Origin: Alphaproteobacteria bacterium
Lineage (GTDB): Bacteria; Pseudomonadota; Alphaproteobacteria; UBA2966
Length of the DNA stretch: 64,000 nt
Direction: 5' to 3'
Assembly: GCA_964291395.2 (NCBI GenBank)
Contig: OZ219856.1
Coordinates: forward strand, 1,568,001 to 1,632,000
Part shown: piece after piece, positions 60,791 through 64,000 of the stretch
How the letters are laid out: each line of letters begins with the position of its first letter
Numbering within the stretch: the first letter of the stretch is position 1
Notes under the pieces: generated by a model
What the model was told of the DNA's origin: nothing
The model's input: the letters and a program-made list of their open reading frames with translations, nothing else
Database searches by the model: none
Program-made: the position numbers and the translations under genes

Positions 60791-61654
60791 ATGGCCGAGG
60801 AAAAACGCCGCAAGGTCACGCTCAACCACATCCGCGGCAAGAAGGAACGCGGCGAACGTATCACCTCGATCGGCGTCTACGACGCCCCGATGGCGGCGAT
60901 CGCCGACCGGGTCGGCTTCGATCTCCTGATCAACGGCAATGCCGGCCCCATGTCCCTGCTAGGCCACCCGGACCCCACCACCGTCACGTTCGAGGAGCAG
61001 CTCTTCCTCACCAAGGCCGTGAGCCGGGTCACGGAGTACGGCTTCGTCGTGGGGCACCTCCCGTTTCTCACCTATCACGCCTCCAAGGAGCAGGCGATCG
61101 TCAACTCCGGCCGCATGATCAGCGAAGGCGGCGCCGATTCGGTCAAGTTCGAGGGCAACAAGTACACCGCCGAATACGTGGCGGAGGTCGTTCGCGCCGG
61201 CATCCCGGTGATGGGCCATATCGGCATGCAGGCATCACGCCGTTCGGAACAAAGCGGGTTCGGCATCAAGGGCCGCACATCGGAGGACGCCGCCGAGATC
61301 GTCGAAGGCGCACGCGCCTTCGTCGAGGCCGGCGCCTGGGGCTTCATTCTGGAGCAGGTGCCGACGGAACTCGCGGCGTTCCTGACCGAGGACCTACCGG
61401 TGCCGGTCATCACCCTGGGCGGCGGCCGGGTCAACGACGGGGTCTATCACATCAGCGGAGACGTCGTAGGCTACAGTGCCTTCCCCATTCCCAGGAACCG
61501 CGGCGCCTACGCGGACGTCGGCAGCGTCATGGAGGACGCGCTGCGCCGCTACCGGGACGAATCGGCCGCCGGCAGCTATCCGCCGGAAGAGAACACCTTC
61601 CACATGCAGCCCGCGGAACACGAGAAATTCCTCGCCCTGGTGGCGAAGAAGTGA
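60791..61654 (+). CDS. Divergent PanB (ketopantoate hydroxymethyltransferase)-family protein
   Basis: YDAPMA, LPFLTY, VKFEG, GIPVMGHIG, ILEQVP; canonical GDS and DxPF motifs altered. Confidence 0.85.
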   Translation: MAEEKRRKVTLNHIRGKKERGERITSIGVYDAPMAAIADRVGFDLLINGNAGPMSLLGHPDPTTVTFEEQLFLTKAVSRVTEYGFVVGHLPFLTYHASKEQAIVNSGRMISEGGADSVKFEGNKYTAEYVAEVVRAGIPVMGHIGMQASRRSEQSGFGIKGRTSEDAAEIVEGARAFVEAGAWGFILEQVPTELAAFLTEDLPVPVITLGGGRVNDGVYHISGDVVGYSAFPIPRNRGAYADVGSVMEDALRRYRDESAAGSYPPEENTFHMQPAEHEKFLALVAKK

Positions 61655-61699
61655 CGGGGGTATCGCCGAGCAGCACGGAGAACTCCCGCGGCGCCGCGG

Positions 61700-62458
61700 T
61701 CAACCGGCCAGATACCCGCCGTCGACGTAAAGCTCGGCCCCCGTGATGTACGACGCCTCGTCGGAGGCGAGGAACAGGACGGCGTTCGCCACCTCGATGG
61801 GCTCGCCGGTGCGGCCCAACGGTATGCGGGCCATCCACTGCTCCCGCAGGGCCGGATGAGTCGTGAGCTTCACGGTGCGCATGGGCGGCATGATGCCGGG
61901 GTGCACGCTGTTGACCCGAATGCCGTGCCGGCCGTTCTGCACGGCGGCGGCCTTGGTGATGAGGCGTACGCCGCCCTTGGTCGCGTTGTAGCCGATATGG
62001 ACGACGTCCTGCCCGATGTTCCCCGATATGGACGAGATATTCACGATGGAGCCGCCGCCATTCTCGCGCATGACGGGGACGACGGCCCTCATGCCGAGAA
62101 AGACGCCGCGCAGGTTCACGTCCATGAGCGTGTTGAAGGCGCCGAGATCCATGGAGTCTTCGGTGGAACTGCCCGTGAAGCCCGCGTTGTTGACGAGGAT
62201 GTCGACCCGCCCTTCCCGCTCCACCGTCCGGGAAACGACGGCGCTCCAGTCATCTTCCGAAGCCACGTCGAGGCGCGCGAAGGTCGCCTTGCCGCCGCTG
62301 CCGGTGATTTCGTCGGCCACCTCCCGACCCGTGTCCTCCGTCACGTCGGCGGCAACCACCGTCGCGCCTTCCCGCGCGAACAGTCTCGCCTCTTCCGCTC
62401 CCATGCCGCTTGCCGCACCGGTGACAATGGCGATCTTTCCGTCGAGCCGCATCGACAT
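61700..62458 (-). CDS. Short-chain dehydrogenase/reductase
   Basis: TGAASGMG, NNAG, YNATK, NSVHPG. Confidence 0.93.
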   Translation of the reverse strand: MSMRLDGKIAIVTGAASGMGAEEARLFAREGATVVAADVTEDTGREVADEITGSGGKATFARLDVASEDDWSAVVSRTVEREGRVDILVNNAGFTGSSTEDSMDLGAFNTLMDVNLRGVFLGMRAVVPVMRENGGGSIVNISSISGNIGQDVVHIGYNATKGGVRLITKAAAVQNGRHGIRVNSVHPGIMPPMRTVKLTTHPALREQWMARIPLGRTGEPIEVANAVLFLASDEASYITGAELYVDGGYLAG

Positions 62459-62602
62459 ACCTCCCCTGACTTGCGTTCGAATTCCCGCTCCCTTATGGAG
62501 CAGCGGGTGTGTCGAATCAATCGCCGCCGACCGTCACTCCCGACCCGTCGGTCCCGAGACCGGTGAAACCCGGTGACGACATCGAGAGTCCGAGGAACGA
62601 TC

Positions 62603-63433
62603 ATGTATGACCTCTCCGGCAAAACCGCTCTCGTCACCGGCGCGGGAGGTGAAAAGGGCTTCGGCCGCGCCATCGCGAACAGGCTCGCAAAGGAAGGCGC
62701 CGGCGTCGCGGTCAACGACATGACGGCCAACCCGTACGGCAGGGACGATTGGGGCGGCATCGACGCCGTCGTCGAAGAGATCCGATCGGGCGGCGGCGAG
62801 GCCATGCGGGCGCTCGCGGATGTCTCCGACGCGGCCGCCGTCGATTCCATGGTGGACGAGGTCGTCTCGCGCTTCGGCCGCCTCGACATTCTGGTGGCGA
62901 ACGCGGGATCGCGCCCGGGCAGGGACCGGGTGCCGTTGGTCGAACTCACGGAAGAGGCCTTCGACGAGGTTCAACGCGTCAACGTGAAAGGGACGTTCCT
63001 GTGCTGCCGCGCGGCGGCCCGGCACATGGTCGCGCGCGACGGCGGCGGCCGCATCATCATCATCGCCTCCACCGCCGGAAAACGCGGCGTGGCCCGCTTC
63101 TCGGCCTATGTCGCCTCCAAGTTCGCGCTCGTGGGATTCACCCAGTCTCTCGCCCTTGAATTGGGACCGAGCCGGATCACCGTGAACGCGATCTGCCCGG
63201 GTTTCGCGATGACCGAGCGCATGACCGAGATCGCCGGCGCCCTGAAGAGCGAGGGCGAAAGTCTCGAGGAGAAACTGGCGAGCATGCACCGGGAACGATC
63301 GGACTCGACACCGCTCGGGCGGACCACGGAGCCCGAGGATGTCGCCAACATGGCGGCGTTCCTCGCCTCCGATCAGTCGAGCTTCGTGACTGGTCTGGCC
63401 CTTTCCGTCGCCGGCGGCAACGTCATGTCCTAG
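62603..63433 (+). CDS. Short-chain dehydrogenase/reductase
   Basis: TGAGGEKGFG, ANAG, YVASK, NAICPG; GAGGA RBS. Confidence 0.92.
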   Translation: MYDLSGKTALVTGAGGEKGFGRAIANRLAKEGAGVAVNDMTANPYGRDDWGGIDAVVEEIRSGGGEAMRALADVSDAAAVDSMVDEVVSRFGRLDILVANAGSRPGRDRVPLVELTEEAFDEVQRVNVKGTFLCCRAAARHMVARDGGGRIIIIASTAGKRGVARFSAYVASKFALVGFTQSLALELGPSRITVNAICPGFAMTERMTEIAGALKSEGESLEEKLASMHRERSDSTPLGRTTEPEDVANMAAFLASDQSSFVTGLALSVAGGNVMS

Positions 63434-63459
63434 TGTCCGATGGGTAACGCCGGGCCCCG

Positions 63460-63888
63460 CTACGGATAAACGATGCCGTGCCGCCCGTCCCCGAAGCTCG
63501 GCACCGTATCGGAAACGACCCCGTAGTCCGCCGCATCGTCGACGTGAATGTTCGCGGCAAACTCCAGTCCCGACGGCTGATCGATCGTGCCCGCCGCGAT
63601 CCCTATCGTGGAGCTGTCGTCGGGATCGAAGAACAGGCTGGCGCCGCACCTGGCGCAAAATCCGCGTCGGGCCTTCTCGGACGACCGGTACCAGGCGAGG
63701 CAGCCGTCGTCCTCGATGGTCAGATCCTCGCGCACGGCCCGGGTCGCCTGCCAAACGGCGCCGACGGCGCGGCGGCACATCTCGCAGTGGCACTGGAGGA
63801 GTTGGCGCCGGACGGCGCTCGCCTTGTAGCGGACACCGCCGCAAAGGCAGTGCCCGGAAACATTCTTGACGGCATTGGAGTTCGGCAT
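63460..63888 (-). CDS. GFA (CENP-V/glutathione-dependent formaldehyde-activating) family protein
   Basis: GHCLCG, CHCEMCRR, RGFCARCG zinc motifs. Confidence 0.88.
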   Translation of the reverse strand: MPNSNAVKNVSGHCLCGGVRYKASAVRRQLLQCHCEMCRRAVGAVWQATRAVREDLTIEDDGCLAWYRSSEKARRGFCARCGASLFFDPDDSSTIGIAAGTIDQPSGLEFAANIHVDDAADYGVVSDTVPSFGDGRHGIVYP

Positions 63889-64000
63889 GACGGGCCTCCG
63901 GTTCACATGGGAATTTCCCGGACCACGGCAAATTTGAACCCTTCGCGACGATGCCGCAAGAGACCGCCAAACGGGGCCACGTATGAGGGTTGGCGCCAGC

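Noticed and set aside
1-64000. CRISPR arrays, rRNA, tRNA, riboswitches
   Set aside because: No regularly spaced repeats or recognisable RNA signatures were seen by eye; a covariance-model search would be needed to exclude small RNAs

Overview
A GC-rich bacterial chromosomal window, alphaproteobacterial in character (inferred from gene content and IS types). About 1-15 kb is a mobile hot-spot: a degraded tyrosine recombinase, an internally deleted IS630, an IS256 with a 9-bp target duplication, a HipBA-type module with four operator boxes and two Phd/VapC pairs. Interleaved there is a thiol dioxygenase-GntR-amidohydrolase-molybdoenzyme cluster. The middle holds catabolic and osmotic genes: AsnB homologue with an EctR-like MarR, 2OG dioxygenases, amidase, a Rieske oxygenase/DUF3604 operon and a choline-type ABC transporter. 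At 40-47 kb a second sulfite-oxidase-fold molybdoenzyme and a Tat-dependent TRAP transporter precede methanesulfonate monooxygenase genes msmABC (diagnostic CxH-X26-CxxH Rieske motif), with no msmD reductase. A DUF1302-DUF1329-YCF48-MMPL uptake system, an RND pump, two beta-hydroxyacid dehydrogenases, a PanB paralogue with altered metal ligands, two SDRs and a GFA-family gene follow. Several genes at 42-49 kb and the IS256 transposase are broken by +/-1 indels in short homopolymers, most likely sequencing errors. No rRNA, tRNA or CRISPR array was seen. All family calls are from motif recognition, not database searches.
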